Source of the DNA: a virus
Length of the DNA stretch: 64,000 nucleotides
Virus record (IMG/VR): IMGVR_UViG_3300018877_000004
Coordinates: 5,500 to 69,499 of that record
Strand: one strand, 5' to 3'
Under the pieces are notes generated by a model, which was not told the DNA's origin, did no database searches, and saw only the letters and a program-made list of their open reading frames with translations. Made by a program: the position numbers and the translations under genes. This document shows positions 8,482 through 18,323 of this stretch, in pieces. The first letter of the stretch is position 1. Each line of letters begins with the position of its first letter.

Positions 8482-11337
8482 ATGACTCAAGGATATCGAA
8501 GCGGCAAAAATAGCCCCTGTCCAATCTGCGACAGAACCAAAGATTTTGATTGTGCAGTTGATTACACGAAGGAAGGAGTTAAAAAGGTTCGCTGTCACAC
8601 CTTCATCGATCGCGATGCTGAGGTCGCTGGATTCATTTATCGAGGTGCAACAGACTGCGGCACATGGGGCCTGTATTTTGAAGCGACCGATCGCGATAAG
8701 AAGGAGGTTCGATCGCGTTCTAGAACTGAGTATATCTACACTGCACCCAATGAAAGCGGCGATCAAGTTCCAGTTGTCAAAGTCACCCGCAGTGATGACG
8801 GCGGCGGCAAGAAGAGTGTCTTTCAGTCGAGTCTTGTTGGCGGTGAGTGGAAGAACACGCTAACCGCAGGCACTTATCCACACATCCATCTGTATCGCAT
8901 CTTTGACCCCATCAACCAACGCGCCAAAGCTGAGGGAAGCCCGATCGTCATTGTCGAAGGTGAAGGCAAAGCCGATTTGCTGCTCTCAATGGGCATTGCT
9001 GCCACAACTTCGATCGGCGGTGCAGGCAAATGGCAGCGATACGGACATCAGAACTACCTACGAGATCTTGAAGGTGCAGAGATTGTCTTGTGTCCCGATC
9101 GCGACCTTCCCGGCGTCAAACATATGCGGGAAATTGCAGCAGAGACAGGCGCAACAAAGTGGATCTACTCCTATCCTGACTCGCCATTGTGGGCAAAGCT
9201 GCCAGAAAAAGGCGGGGTTGATATTGCCGACTGGGTGGCAGATTACAGGCTGAGTGCAGAACAGATTCTAGGGGCGATCGAGCTTGAACGGAAAACCGAG
9301 GCGCAGAAGGATAGCGCTGAAGTTAATGCTGCTGTTGACGATCAGCCGACGCTGCCACCTGAGCTTGATCCTGCCGACGAGGTGACGATCAGCACGATTG
9401 ACAATCACATCTATTGCCGACTCTTTGGAGCGGGTCGAGGCGATTACATCACAGTCAACGATACGTTCTACTGCTACACACAGCGCGGCTACTGGGTTAG
9501 ACAAGACGATCGCAAGGTTTATAAGCTAATTGGACATCAGTGCCGCAAAGCCTACAAAGTGCGGCGCGATGCGAAAGGCTTGGCTCGTGAGGTTACTTAC
9601 CCATTTGCCAAAGATGGCTCGATGAAATCGGCGTTCAATTTCAGCCGTAGCCTGCTCGATCACACGTCAGACTTGCCCTACAACAACCACTTGATGTGTT
9701 TTCAGAATGGTGTGGTAGACGCAAGAACGGGAGAATTGCAGCCACACGATCGGGCGCATTTTTTGACTAGTGCCATTACCACTTCCTACGTTAAGGGCGC
9801 ACAGTGTCCAGAGGTATTCCGATCGTTTGTTGCCTCAGCGTTTGGTGAGGACTTGCTAGAGGTTATTCAGGCTGTAACCTCAATGCTGCTTGATCCGACC
9901 GCCCATTATGGTCGTTTCATTCACCTGCTAGGTCAATCTGGCAGCGGCAAAGGAACGATGCTGAGATTGTGGCTCGAAATGTTCGGGACTGAAAACACCC
10001 GATCGATCAACTCATTTTCTGAGCTTGAAACGGCTGAAGGTAGACATCATCACCTAACTGGAGTGCGTGTCTGCGCTCTGCCTGATGTTGGCGGCTTCAT
10101 GAAAGGCTTAAAAGCTTTTTATGAGCTTGTGGATAACGGCCCGATGTCAGGCAGGGCGTTGTATTCACCGAATGCTTACCAGGCACAGTGGTACACCCGT
10201 TTTATTGTCGCCTCGGTTGATCACTTGCAGATTGAGAACTCTGGCGACGGATGGGATCGGCGTGTCATTTTGCTGCCAACCAAGCCGCGATCGGGTGCAA
10301 TCAATCCGCGCTTATCAGACGAACTTTCAGCGGTTAAAGGCGAAATTGTTTCGTGGGCGCTGTCAATGTCTCGTGAGCGGCGCGATCGAGTTCTTGCCAG
10401 TCTTGGCATGTATGAGCGCATTGAAACTGCGATGGCTGACGCCAGCATCAGCGGCGATCCGGTTCGTTATTTCGTTGACTTGTGCTTGAGGCCATCTGCT
10501 CCGTCAGAAACAAGCGCTCCGATTCAAAATCACATGCTGCACACCTGGTACGAAGCATTTTGCTTGGTGCATGGCTATCAGCGCATGAGCATGAGCCGCT
10601 TTGTGTCTCATCTCAAAACAATTTTGCCATCGCAATTTCAGCCTCGCAGACGCGCTGTAGTTGCTCATCATCCCGATCGCCCTTGGGTTCCTGCTCATTG
10701 GATTGGCTTGAAGCCTCTTGCAACAGTGTTTGAGTCAACAGAAGAAGGCATGGTGAGATGTATAAAAGCTGACTGCGTAGAAGGAGGCTTGGCGGCATTC
10801 GTTCACGCCAACAATCAAAACGGTATCACCGTGAACAGTACACAAAGTACAGGGTCAAATTCAGAAGTACACTTTTCACCGTCGCCTGAAACCCTTGCAC
10901 AGCAAGAGAGTACACGAAGTACAGGAAGTACAGGGTCTTTTGACTCTGTAGAAAAAAGTTGTGATTTTGAGGTTGTTTTGCTCGATCAGAGGCAAGACAA
11001 GCAAGAAATCATAAATATAAATAGAAATCTCCCAGAGAACCCTGTACATCCTGTACATCCTGTACCCGTAAGCCCAGAGCGGCTTTCAGGCGACAGCAAA
11101 AAGTGTACTTCTGAATTTGACCCTGTACTTTCCCAAAGTGCCTGTACTGTTCGCCATGAACATTTCCAAATTGGCGATCACGTTGGCGTGACGGGTGAGC
11201 AAACGCACGGCGAAATTACCACCTTTTATCCAGACGGACGTGCGTGTGTGGAATGGCTTGCAAATGGCAAGCGTCACACGCAGATACAGCCGATCGATCG
11301 TCTGCATCGATTGAGTAAACAGCAGGCAATTGAATAA
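8482..11337 (+). CDS. P4/D5-family primase-helicase (Zn finger, TOPRIM, D5_N, SF3 helicase)
   Basis: CPIC Zn finger; IVIVEGEGKA and CPDRD (TOPRIM); FQNGVVD...H (D5_N); GQSGSGKGT Walker A. Confidence 0.9.
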   Translation: MTQGYRSGKNSPCPICDRTKDFDCAVDYTKEGVKKVRCHTFIDRDAEVAGFIYRGATDCGTWGLYFEATDRDKKEVRSRSRTEYIYTAPNESGDQVPVVKVTRSDDGGGKKSVFQSSLVGGEWKNTLTAGTYPHIHLYRIFDPINQRAKAEGSPIVIVEGEGKADLLLSMGIAATTSIGGAGKWQRYGHQNYLRDLEGAEIVLCPDRDLPGVKHMREIAAETGATKWIYSYPDSPLWAKLPEKGGVDIADWVADYRLSAEQILGAIELERKTEAQKDSAEVNAAVDDQPTLPPELDPADEVTISTIDNHIYCRLFGAGRGDYITVNDTFYCYTQRGYWVRQDDRKVYKLIGHQCRKAYKVRRDAKGLAREVTYPFAKDGSMKSAFNFSRSLLDHTSDLPYNNHLMCFQNGVVDARTGELQPHDRAHFLTSAITTSYVKGAQCPEVFRSFVASAFGEDLLEVIQAVTSMLLDPTAHYGRFIHLLGQSGSGKGTMLRLWLEMFGTENTRSINSFSELETAEGRHHHLTGVRVCALPDVGGFMKGLKAFYELVDNGPMSGRALYSPNAYQAQWYTRFIVASVDHLQIENSGDGWDRRVILLPTKPRSGAINPRLSDELSAVKGEIVSWALSMSRERRDRVLASLGMYERIETAMADASISGDPVRYFVDLCLRPSAPSETSAPIQNHMLHTWYEAFCLVHGYQRMSMSRFVSHLKTILPSQFQPRRRAVVAHHPDRPWVPAHWIGLKPLATVFESTEEGMVRCIKADCVEGGLAAFVHANNQNGITVNSTQSTGSNSEVHFSPSPETLAQQESTRSTGSTGSFDSVEKSCDFEVVLLDQRQDKQEIININRNLPENPVHPVHPVPVSPERLSGDSKKCTSEFDPVLSQSACTVRHEHFQIGDHVGVTGEQTHGEITTFYPDGRACVEWLANGKRHTQIQPIDRLHRLSKQQAIE
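10844..11131. repeat. Putative replication origin inside the primase gene: long inverted repeat, GTACAGG iterons and AT-rich core
   Basis: Perfect 33-bp inverted repeat, 10844-10876 vs 11099-11131. Oppositely oriented AGTACAGG and CCTGTAC arrays flank ATAAATATAAATAGAAAT. Confidence 0.75.
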
Positions 11338-11348
11338 TTGATTCGAGA

Positions 11349-12200
11349 ATGTCAACCAAACAAGAGGACAACATCATGAATTTGCATTCTGCTTCCGTTC
11401 CAACCTGGCAAGAAATTAAAGAAAACCATTATTACTTTTCTCAAAAATTTCTTGACGAACATAAAAAGCGAAACGGTTTTGTCCCTGTAGAGCCTGGTTT
11501 TATTTATTTGATTGAAGCTGTTGGCTCTCAGTTTTACAAAATTGGCAAAAGCATTCATCCAGACAAGCGTATTTTGCAAATTTCTCCCAAAATGCCGTTT
11601 GAAACTCGTTTGCTTTGCGTTCGCAGATCGAATTTTATGAGCATCGCAGAAAAGATGCTTCATGCAAAGCTTCAAGATTGCCGAACTAACGGAGAGTGGT
11701 TTGAACTAGACGACACACTTTTGTGCTACTTGACAATGGATTCTACCTCGATGCAAATTCGATATGCCTATGTGGAATCTATTTTTCAGATGTTTTTTGA
11801 ATCGCAAGGTGTGAGCGGACTCCGTTCAATTTTCAAAAAATATCCATTATTTCTCGATTCAGAAGATCATGGGGATTTGTCAATTTTCATGATTGAATCC
11901 TGGATGCGTTCAATCGATGAAACAGTTAAAACGGCAACTACTTTTGACCTGAAAGGACTTGAATATTATTCGACCAATCCCGAATGGGACAAGGTGCTTA
12001 AGTGCATTGAAAACCGTTTGGCGTTTTGCGCTTTTCGATCATTCGGCCATTTGATTTCTCTTGATGATTCCGAATGTCGAGTGGGAACGCAAACAGAAGC
12101 AGATTTCCGGATGTTGCGATCGTATTTTCCCGATATTGAAAAAGCGTTGATTCGACTGAAAAGTAGACCAATCGCAGTCACTTTGGAGGTTGTTTCATGA
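11349..12200 (+). CDS. GIY-YIG-like T5orf172/MUG113-domain protein
   Basis: GFIYLI...YKIGKS..PDKRI...EKMLH...GEWFEL; noticeably AT-richer than its flanks. Confidence 0.8.
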   Translation: MSTKQEDNIMNLHSASVPTWQEIKENHYYFSQKFLDEHKKRNGFVPVEPGFIYLIEAVGSQFYKIGKSIHPDKRILQISPKMPFETRLLCVRRSNFMSIAEKMLHAKLQDCRTNGEWFELDDTLLCYLTMDSTSMQIRYAYVESIFQMFFESQGVSGLRSIFKKYPLFLDSEDHGDLSIFMIESWMRSIDETVKTATTFDLKGLEYYSTNPEWDKVLKCIENRLAFCAFRSFGHLISLDDSECRVGTQTEADFRMLRSYFPDIEKALIRLKSRPIAVTLEVVS

Positions 12201-12676
12201 CACAGCTACACCCCGGCGATCGCGTCACCGTCTACCAATACTCCGACCCCACCGTCACCCTGTCCGATCGCGCTCGTCTCCGCAGTGCCAGCGCTAATCC
12301 TTGGCATCTCCCACCTGATGGGCAGCAATGGCGCAAGCTTCAAATCTGGGGTGACTGGCCGATCGTTGTTCTCTCGATTGCAGGCGATCGCGCCATCGTC
12401 ACTAGTCCTCACTTCCCTTTCCCTCTGTGCAGTGAAGGCATCGAAGTTCCACTAACCCACATCGAGCTAAACCAGCGAGGTGCATATGCTTCCGTCCTTG
12501 AGCGAATCCGAAACGGCGAACCCATCACAGACCCATCGGCAATATCTGCTGACGCGGATTCTCAAAGTGCTGGCCCGTCTTTCCGACGGAAACCTCGCAA
12601 AGGTGGCGAACTTCACAGAGGCGATCGCCCTTCACCAGACCGAGAAGCGGCGATCGCGCAAACAGCGCTTTTTTAA
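12197..12676 (+). CDS. Hypothetical protein
   Basis: ATGA overlap with the upstream gene; GGAGG RBS. Confidence 0.65.
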   Translation: MTQLHPGDRVTVYQYSDPTVTLSDRARLRSASANPWHLPPDGQQWRKLQIWGDWPIVVLSIAGDRAIVTSPHFPFPLCSEGIEVPLTHIELNQRGAYASVLERIRNGEPITDPSAISADADSQSAGPSFRRKPRKGGELHRGDRPSPDREAAIAQTALF

Positions 12677-12691
12677 GTAGGAGATAACCCA

Positions 12692-12898
12692 ATGCCTGAA
12701 GATTTCAAACCACACGAAAACTACTACCTGATTTCGACGCATCACGCTTTTTTGATGTCACAAACTGCCGACGCGATCAACGCTTCCCGCATCGTTTGCC
12801 GCGAATTGATGGCAGAGCTTCGAGCGGAGCAAGTGAAGCCTGCAAGGGCAATCGAGCAGCCGCAGAAGTTGCCCACATTACGAAAAGGAGCAAGCTAA
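12692..12898 (+). CDS. Hypothetical protein
   Basis: AGGAG RBS; operon context. Confidence 0.6.
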   Translation: MPEDFKPHENYYLISTHHAFLMSQTADAINASRIVCRELMAELRAEQVKPARAIEQPQKLPTLRKGAS

Positions 12899-13219
12899 AT
12901 GAGCGGTTCAGATTATTTGGACTACGAACCTATGCCACCGCATCTCGCCTTCTATCAAGTGGCTAATGTTCATCAATTCTCAGCCGAACAAGCGCGATCG
13001 AAGGTTCTCGAATTGATGGCATACCTATCGGCTGAACGTGAGCGGGTTGGCTGCTGCCAGCGCACTATCCAGACTCAAGCGATGGCGCTGCGTGACGCTC
13101 GTGAGGAGATTACAGGACTGGCGCAATCGATCGGGCTTTTGGAGGGAGAAGTAAGGCAGTTGAAGCAGCAAAACCGAGAGTTAATTGCCGCATTGGCAGA
13201 CGCATTGGAGGGCGGTTGA
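12899..13219 (+). CDS. Hypothetical coiled-coil protein
   Basis: Abuts the upstream stop; AAGGAG RBS. Confidence 0.65.
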   Translation: MSGSDYLDYEPMPPHLAFYQVANVHQFSAEQARSKVLELMAYLSAERERVGCCQRTIQTQAMALRDAREEITGLAQSIGLLEGEVRQLKQQNRELIAALADALEGG

Positions 13220-13428
13220 TCATGGGCTTCAACGAATCCGATCTAGTCCAGCTAGTTTGCTGGCTCTCAAAATTTGTGGTTAATGGCAGCAAGGCTAGCC
13301 TTGTCGTTATCTCGCCAGAAATGCAAAACAAGCTCAAGTATCTAGCAGCGCAAGAGACGAGCGACGGGGCGATCAAAAGGGCGATCAATTTTGCTCTGAC
13401 ACATGAAAGAGATGGGGAGATCGATTAA
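13216..13428 (+). CDS. Hypothetical protein, possible ribbon-helix-helix
   Basis: Overlapping start; operon context. Confidence 0.5.
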   Translation: MIMGFNESDLVQLVCWLSKFVVNGSKASLVVISPEMQNKLKYLAAQETSDGAIKRAINFALTHERDGEID

Positions 13429-13605
13429 ATGGCCAACATTCCTGAAGATTGGGCAACGCACCCAATGTTTCGTCAAATGCTTGAGTTGATGCGCTCGGAT
13501 CTGGACAACGCGCTTACTACTTTCGATCTGCCGCCTGAAGTGCGATCGAGGTTCGAGAATTTTGCAGGATATATCGAAGGGATTTTAGGGAAGGAGGGCA
13601 ATTGA
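13429..13605 (+). CDS. Hypothetical protein, 58 aa (MANIPEDWATHPMF...); not in the ORF track
   Basis: ATG directly after the upstream TAA; fills the gap exactly. Confidence 0.6.
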   Translation: MANIPEDWATHPMFRQMLELMRSDLDNALTTFDLPPEVRSRFENFAGYIEGILGKEGN

Positions 13606-13606
13606 A

Positions 13607-13861
13607 GTGGGTGAAAGATTAATGCAAGAACGACTGGCTTTGATTTGCAGACTACCAGAACAGTATCCGTGGTCGCGTGTTTCTAATCCGGTATGGCAAG
13701 AGCCGCACAGTGAATTTTTTGCCGCTCGAATTTTCTCAAACACTTTCGCAACTTATGTCGAGTACGAGTCTAGCGGCGTCATTTATCGGGTTATCGAAAA
13801 GAAAATGCTAGCCAGCTACGGAATTCTTTTCTCTACGAAGGGCGATCGCAATGCAGGATAG
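13607..13861 (+). CDS. Hypothetical protein
   Basis: GGAGG RBS; operon context. Confidence 0.55.
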   Translation: MGERLMQERLALICRLPEQYPWSRVSNPVWQEPHSEFFAARIFSNTFATYVEYESSGVIYRVIEKKMLASYGILFSTKGDRNAG

Positions 13862-14072
13862 ACCCACCCCGCAGCCTGGCGACATCTGGCAGCACTGGCA
13901 GGGGAAGAAGTACAGAATTCTCTCGGTTGATGATGGGCGAGTTGAGTACAAATTGTTTAACAGCTTGAGCCTCGTTCCATTCACAACAAATGTTAGCCTT
14001 GACTATTTTTTGGGCGTGTCGCTAGTGAAGGGCGTAAATCGATTTGAGTTTGTAGAGGGCGATCGAGTTTAG
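13851..14072 (+). CDS. DUF1653-like SH3-fold small protein
   Basis: PQPGDIWQHWQGKKYRIL resembles the DUF1653 G.YrHfKG..Y.V motif. Confidence 0.6.
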   Translation: MQDRPTPQPGDIWQHWQGKKYRILSVDDGRVEYKLFNSLSLVPFTTNVSLDYFLGVSLVKGVNRFEFVEGDRV

Positions 14073-14092
14073 TTTGCAAATTTATAAGGAGA

Positions 14093-14284
14093 TTGATTGA
14101 AATGGCTAAACAAACAGAATCTGCGGCACAAATTTTTCTGCGCACTGCCAGCAATTATCAGCAGCATGGTACGTGCTACCCAGAGCGATTGCATTTACTC
14201 GACAAGCTCAAGAAGCACGTAGAAAACCAGTACCCAGAAGACGACAGACTGAAAGCGATCATTGATGAATTGAAGGCGTGTTAA
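14093..14284 (+). CDS. Small hypothetical protein, convergent with the integrase
   Basis: AAGGAGA RBS; last gene of the early operon. Confidence 0.5.
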   Translation: MIEMAKQTESAAQIFLRTASNYQQHGTCYPERLHLLDKLKKHVENQYPEDDRLKAIIDELKAC

Positions 14285-15693
14285 ACCCTCATATCGATCG
14301 ATTGGATCACCCCATCGATAATCACAACCTTGTTAATGAAGCGCCTAAAAAGCTGCTGCCTGTCTCTGGCATTTAAGTCAGTCCAGAATCCGGGGTCAGT
14401 TCCTACACTCGCGAACAGAGTTCTGACCCCTAAATCTATACTTCCATTTTGGTTGTTTAGTGCTTGCGCTTGAGCCTTAAGCCTGACAAGTTTTTGGTTT
14501 AACAATCCGTCCTCATCTCCCATTTCACCGATCATTGCCTCGATCTGCTGTATCTGCCGCAAAAGCTTTAATACTTGTGGATTGGGCGCAGCTTCTTCTG
14601 CATCTAAGTCGACTGCTGCTGCTTCTGCAATTTCTGCCGATCGCTGGCATAACGCCAAAATCACTGCCTGCTCAATGAGGTCGATCGATACTCCCTTTCC
14701 AGGTGCGTTGTAGCAGGGAAGGCTGGCAATTTTGCGACTGCGGCTGCGGCAATAAGCGTAATGATAATATTTGTCCTGCTTGACACTGTGACTGCGGGAG
14801 ATGCCCATTCGATAGCCACAGCGCCCACAGACCAGCAGAGACGAAAGAGCATAGACAAACCGCTGCTGATTGCTTCCCGTCCGGTATGCAGCCTTAGTGC
14901 TGCCCATCATGTGCCGAATCCCGTCTTGATCTGCGTCAGTCAGCAGGCGATCGTCTGGGTGGGTGTTGTAGGCAATGCGCCCCCATTCCCCATAGTTTTT
15001 GCTGCTGATGTTCTGGTATGGCGTATGACCGCACAGTACCGGACTCATGACCCATCGCCCCAAGCCAGCAGGTGTCCAGCGCTTGCCTAGTTCTGTATCG
15101 ATCTGGCGACACGCTTCTGCCATGTTTCCACCGCAGGAACGAATGATCTCGATCGCTCTAGCTGCTGGGATGCTCAAATCCAATCGATACCGCTCGTCTT
15201 GCCGCAAGTATCCCCACGGTGCGCCCGGATTTGCTTTTTGCTGATGGCGAAAATACTCAAAGCCGTCTCGAATTCGCTTCGAGAGCATTCTGACTTCGCC
15301 TTCTGACTGGACACCCGCAATCATGAATTGCTCCCATTCTGTCGGGTTGGCAAAGTCTACGGCGCGACCTTTGAGGATTTCCCACAGTTCGATCCCAGAC
15401 TGTTCAAACATCTTGGCAAGCCGTGCATTCATTTCTGCATGGCGCGTAATTCGATCGCAACGGTCAATCACCAAGCGATCAATTTGGCGTGGGCTGAACA
15501 GCGCCAACAGCTTCTCAAAGTCGGGACGATCGTCTTTGCGCCCGCTCTGGACATCAACAAACAGTAGGTTATTGTCTGGTTCGATGCCGAAGCTTCGCAC
15601 CTGCCGATCGAGCCGAAACAGTTGCCGCTCTAGGGCTGAGGAGTCGCGTGATTGCTCTTTTCTAGAAACTCTTGCGTATCGTGCAACACGCAT
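14281..15693 (-). CDS. Large serine recombinase / integrase (XisF-like architecture)
   Basis: YARVS catalytic Ser, SGRKDDRP, DRCDRITR, recombinase domain, CGRCG Zn ribbon and coiled coil. The ATG at 15693 is the likely start. Confidence 0.95.
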   Translation of the reverse strand: MRVARYARVSRKEQSRDSSALERQLFRLDRQVRSFGIEPDNNLLFVDVQSGRKDDRPDFEKLLALFSPRQIDRLVIDRCDRITRHAEMNARLAKMFEQSGIELWEILKGRAVDFANPTEWEQFMIAGVQSEGEVRMLSKRIRDGFEYFRHQQKANPGAPWGYLRQDERYRLDLSIPAARAIEIIRSCGGNMAEACRQIDTELGKRWTPAGLGRWVMSPVLCGHTPYQNISSKNYGEWGRIAYNTHPDDRLLTDADQDGIRHMMGSTKAAYRTGSNQQRFVYALSSLLVCGRCGYRMGISRSHSVKQDKYYHYAYCRSRSRKIASLPCYNAPGKGVSIDLIEQAVILALCQRSAEIAEAAAVDLDAEEAAPNPQVLKLLRQIQQIEAMIGEMGDEDGLLNQKLVRLKAQAQALNNQNGSIDLGVRTLFASVGTDPGFWTDLNARDRQQLFRRFINKVVIIDGVIQSIDMRV

Positions 15694-15709
15694 GATCACC
15701 ACCGATAAT

Positions 15710-15755
15710 TTTTAGCTAAATTATATTGCCTTTAGGCCAATTAATTAGGCTAAAA
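15710..15755. other. Putative intact attP site
   Basis: 22-bp imperfect inverted arms (17/22 match) around a central TT at 15732-15733, immediately 5' of the integrase. Confidence 0.65.
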
Positions 15756-15810
15756 TAAGGCATATCAAGGGTTTCAGTGATTGCTCTTAGTGTCGCAAGT
15801 AGCACCATCT

Positions 15811-16344
15811 ATGTCAAAGAAGCTCTCAATTGCACCCAAAGAAGAACGATCGAAGCGCAGCTACACCTTGCCGAATCAAGTGAAAAAGCGCGATCGAAAT
15901 ATCTGTCAGTGCTGCGGTTTTGTCTATGACCATATTGAGGCGCATCACATCCACTGGATAGAACAAGGTGGAGCAGATGACCTGTCAAACCTGGTGTCGC
16001 TGTGCAGGCAGTGTCACAAAAATGTGCCAATGGATGCTGACAAGTTTCTTCAGTATCAGCGGCAAGGCGGCATTATTTGGCAGAGGATGTTGCTAAATGC
16101 GATCGAGGTTTCTGGCGATCCTGACCAAGCGGCAAAGCTTATCAGCGGCATGAGATCTGACCTTTTTGGGGTGTATGCCGGGGTGAATGGTGAGGATGGA
16201 GAGCCGCCCGCATGGTACGACCCGATCGAAGCCGAAATCTTCGCCCTAAGCTGCGATCGCTCCACTTCCCGGCCCTCTACCCCACCTCAGGGCCGACGCA
16301 AGCGATCGAAGTCTGTTGCTGAAGGGCAGCTTGCCTTGTTTTAG
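15811..16344 (+). CDS. HNH endonuclease
   Basis: RDRNICQCCG...EAHHI...GGADDLSNLVSLCRQCHK; ATG at 15811. Confidence 0.9.
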   Translation: MSKKLSIAPKEERSKRSYTLPNQVKKRDRNICQCCGFVYDHIEAHHIHWIEQGGADDLSNLVSLCRQCHKNVPMDADKFLQYQRQGGIIWQRMLLNAIEVSGDPDQAAKLISGMRSDLFGVYAGVNGEDGEPPAWYDPIEAEIFALSCDRSTSRPSTPPQGRRKRSKSVAEGQLALF

Positions 16345-16383
16345 GACGATTATTCTGGTTCAACCGAATTTGAAACACTTCTC

Positions 16384-16668
16384 ATGAATGATCCTGATTT
16401 TTCAGACGGGACTGATTTGATCATTACCTTTGACGACGAAGTGCTTTATCAAGATGAGCTTTATATTGTGTGCGGATGGAGTGCGAAAGATTTAGACATT
16501 GGTTACTATTTGCAGTTGGTTCCTAAACATATTATTGAATGCAGTCTTGATTACACAGTTGAGTCATCTACTTACGCCAAGCCGCAGGAAGTCACTCTGG
16601 TAAAACGGGGCAAAACTTTTCAGAGTTTCATTAAAGAGTTGCAAGATGAGCACAATGCCCCCATCTAA
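16384..16668 (+). CDS. Hypothetical protein (AT-rich)
   Basis: 94-aa ORF co-oriented with the HNH gene. Confidence 0.55.
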   Translation: MNDPDFSDGTDLIITFDDEVLYQDELYIVCGWSAKDLDIGYYLQLVPKHIIECSLDYTVESSTYAKPQEVTLVKRGKTFQSFIKELQDEHNAPI

Positions 16669-16864
16669 CCCCTCACAACCATCACCAAAACCGCAGTACA
16701 GGCAAGAATCCCCACCGAAGCCCAGATACAAGCGCATAGCTGCCACTGGTGCGCTAAGGACTCTGCTTCTGAAGCTCGATCGCGCTAACTTTGGGTATGA
16801 TTTGACTACTCCTGTTGGCAATGCGAGTCAGCGCAAGTACAATCCCTATGTTGAAAAGTTTTGA
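16646..16864 (+). CDS. Hypothetical protein
   Basis: Overlaps the upstream gene; Pro-rich N-terminus. Confidence 0.45.
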   Translation: MSTMPPSNPSQPSPKPQYRQESPPKPRYKRIAATGALRTLLLKLDRANFGYDLTTPVGNASQRKYNPYVEKF

Positions 16865-17057
16865 TTTTAACTGGTTCAACCTTGCTCCTCCTTCTTTCAA
16901 AGTTTGGAAGTTCCGTGTAGTGCTTTTTAATGCCTTTAATCGAGTAAGTGATAGCGGGCATTTTTGGGGATTCGGATTGCTTCAAGTCGGAAGACGGCAT
17001 TTGTTTTATATCAGTTATAACAGTTGCAGTATTTTGTTTTTAGGTCGTTCACAATAA
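16848..17057 (+). CDS. Small aromatic-rich hypothetical protein
   Basis: ATG at 16848 (MLKSFDFNWF); overlaps the upstream gene. Confidence 0.45.
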   Translation: MLKSFDFNWFNLAPPSFKVWKFRVVLFNAFNRVSDSGHFWGFGLLQVGRRHLFYISYNSCSILFLGRSQ

Positions 17058-17082
17058 ACGAGTTTTGACGGCATAGTGTCTC

Positions 17083-17802
17083 CTATTTCTTCGGCGGCCA
17101 TTGCCCATCGAGCAGTACCCCGCTCACCTGATCTCTCTTCCCTACTCGATCGCGCAAATGCTCACACTGTAAGATTGCAAAGCCTGCCACATCCGTCCAA
17201 AAATCCATTTCAGCAGGGCTGTAGCTTTTCCAATAGCTTGCGGTTTCCAGTGCCAGCGCGATCGCGTCACAAGCCCGCCTAGCACACTGATCAATCTGCT
17301 TCTCCGTGTTTGCCAGTGCTTGACGATGTTTGCTCATTTCTTTCATGAGGCGATCGCGCACTCTTGCGCCTTCGCCCACATAGCTATCGTCATTCTTGCC
17401 CATGTTGTTATACCGAGTCATGGCAATAGAGTAGTCATCACGAGCGGTGTTCCACAGGTCGAACCCTAAATCGAGTTGCGCTCTCCAAACTAAGTGCTTT
17501 TCTCTGCCAGGAGGTTCTGTGAAGTACAGAAAGAATTCGTGGGTTACTCTGGCGTCGGCTCTGAAAGGAGTTCTTCGATCGCCATTGCGTCCACTGCCAG
17601 AAGTGATGTTGGCTCTGAAGTGTCGGCAGACCAAGAGGTGTCGCGTGGCAAGTCCACGGGGCGATATACCTTCCCAATGATCGACAAGCCCGCGATCGGC
17701 CTGATCTCGCACCACAGGGCGACGTTTGAAGGGATCGTCTGATCGGGTGGCAGGCTTGGTTCCGAAAAGTCGCTCATAAAAGGTTGGCACGATCGGCACC
17801 AA
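17083..17802 (-). CDS. Hypothetical protein (start uncertain)
   Basis: 239-aa ORF at the end of the minus-strand accessory operon. Confidence 0.55.
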   Translation of the reverse strand: MVPIVPTFYERLFGTKPATRSDDPFKRRPVVRDQADRGLVDHWEGISPRGLATRHLLVCRHFRANITSGSGRNGDRRTPFRADARVTHEFFLYFTEPPGREKHLVWRAQLDLGFDLWNTARDDYSIAMTRYNNMGKNDDSYVGEGARVRDRLMKEMSKHRQALANTEKQIDQCARRACDAIALALETASYWKSYSPAEMDFWTDVAGFAILQCEHLRDRVGKRDQVSGVLLDGQWPPKK

Positions 17803-17862
17803 ACAGAAGTTCCCTATATGTTAACCGCGCAAATGGCAAGGTACGTCTGTATTCTGACGCAA

Positions 17863-18093
17863 TCAAGCCGCTAGAGTTTCGCTGATTTCTTCGTCATCCT
17901 CAACCCAAGGATCAGCGCCTTCGACAAATCGATCGCACTGCTCATCCGCCCAGCGATACCGTTCGCAGGTTTGGCAGAAGGTTTGATTCTCTCCTGCCGC
18001 CAAGCGTCGATCGGCGTCCTGAGTGTCTGCGATATAGGGCAAGCGCGGTTGAGTTTGGCAGTTGAGCGGATCGTGATCTTGCATGGTACTCAC
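17863..18093 (-). CDS. Small Cys-containing hypothetical protein
   Basis: Overlap with the upstream gene; CQTC motif. Confidence 0.6.
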   Translation of the reverse strand: MSTMQDHDPLNCQTQPRLPYIADTQDADRRLAAGENQTFCQTCERYRWADEQCDRFVEGADPWVEDDEEISETLAA

Positions 18094-18296
18094 ATTGTTA
18101 ACATTCCGCGATGGCTAATAGTCAGCAATTCTGATTCTGGATATTTCTCTTTGACACGCGCGATCGCTGCTTCCATGTTTGGCGCTGTTAGCAACTCACT
18201 GCCGTTAATTACATGAAAGCTGCCGTCCGGCTTTTTATGCTTATCAGATAGTCGCTTCAGTTGAACGTGCCAAACGCTTAAATTTTCGCTATTCAT
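18090..18296 (-). CDS. Hypothetical protein
   Basis: Operon context; RBS. Confidence 0.6.
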   Translation of the reverse strand: MNSENLSVWHVQLKRLSDKHKKPDGSFHVINGSELLTAPNMEAAIARVKEKYPESELLTISHRGMLTM

Positions 18297-18323
18297 ATCG
18301 TCCCTGCAAAGCTCCCTCGCATT

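Noticed and set aside
14093-14284. Recombination directionality factor call
   Set aside because: Its position next to the integrase is suggestive, but no sequence motif supports the call.
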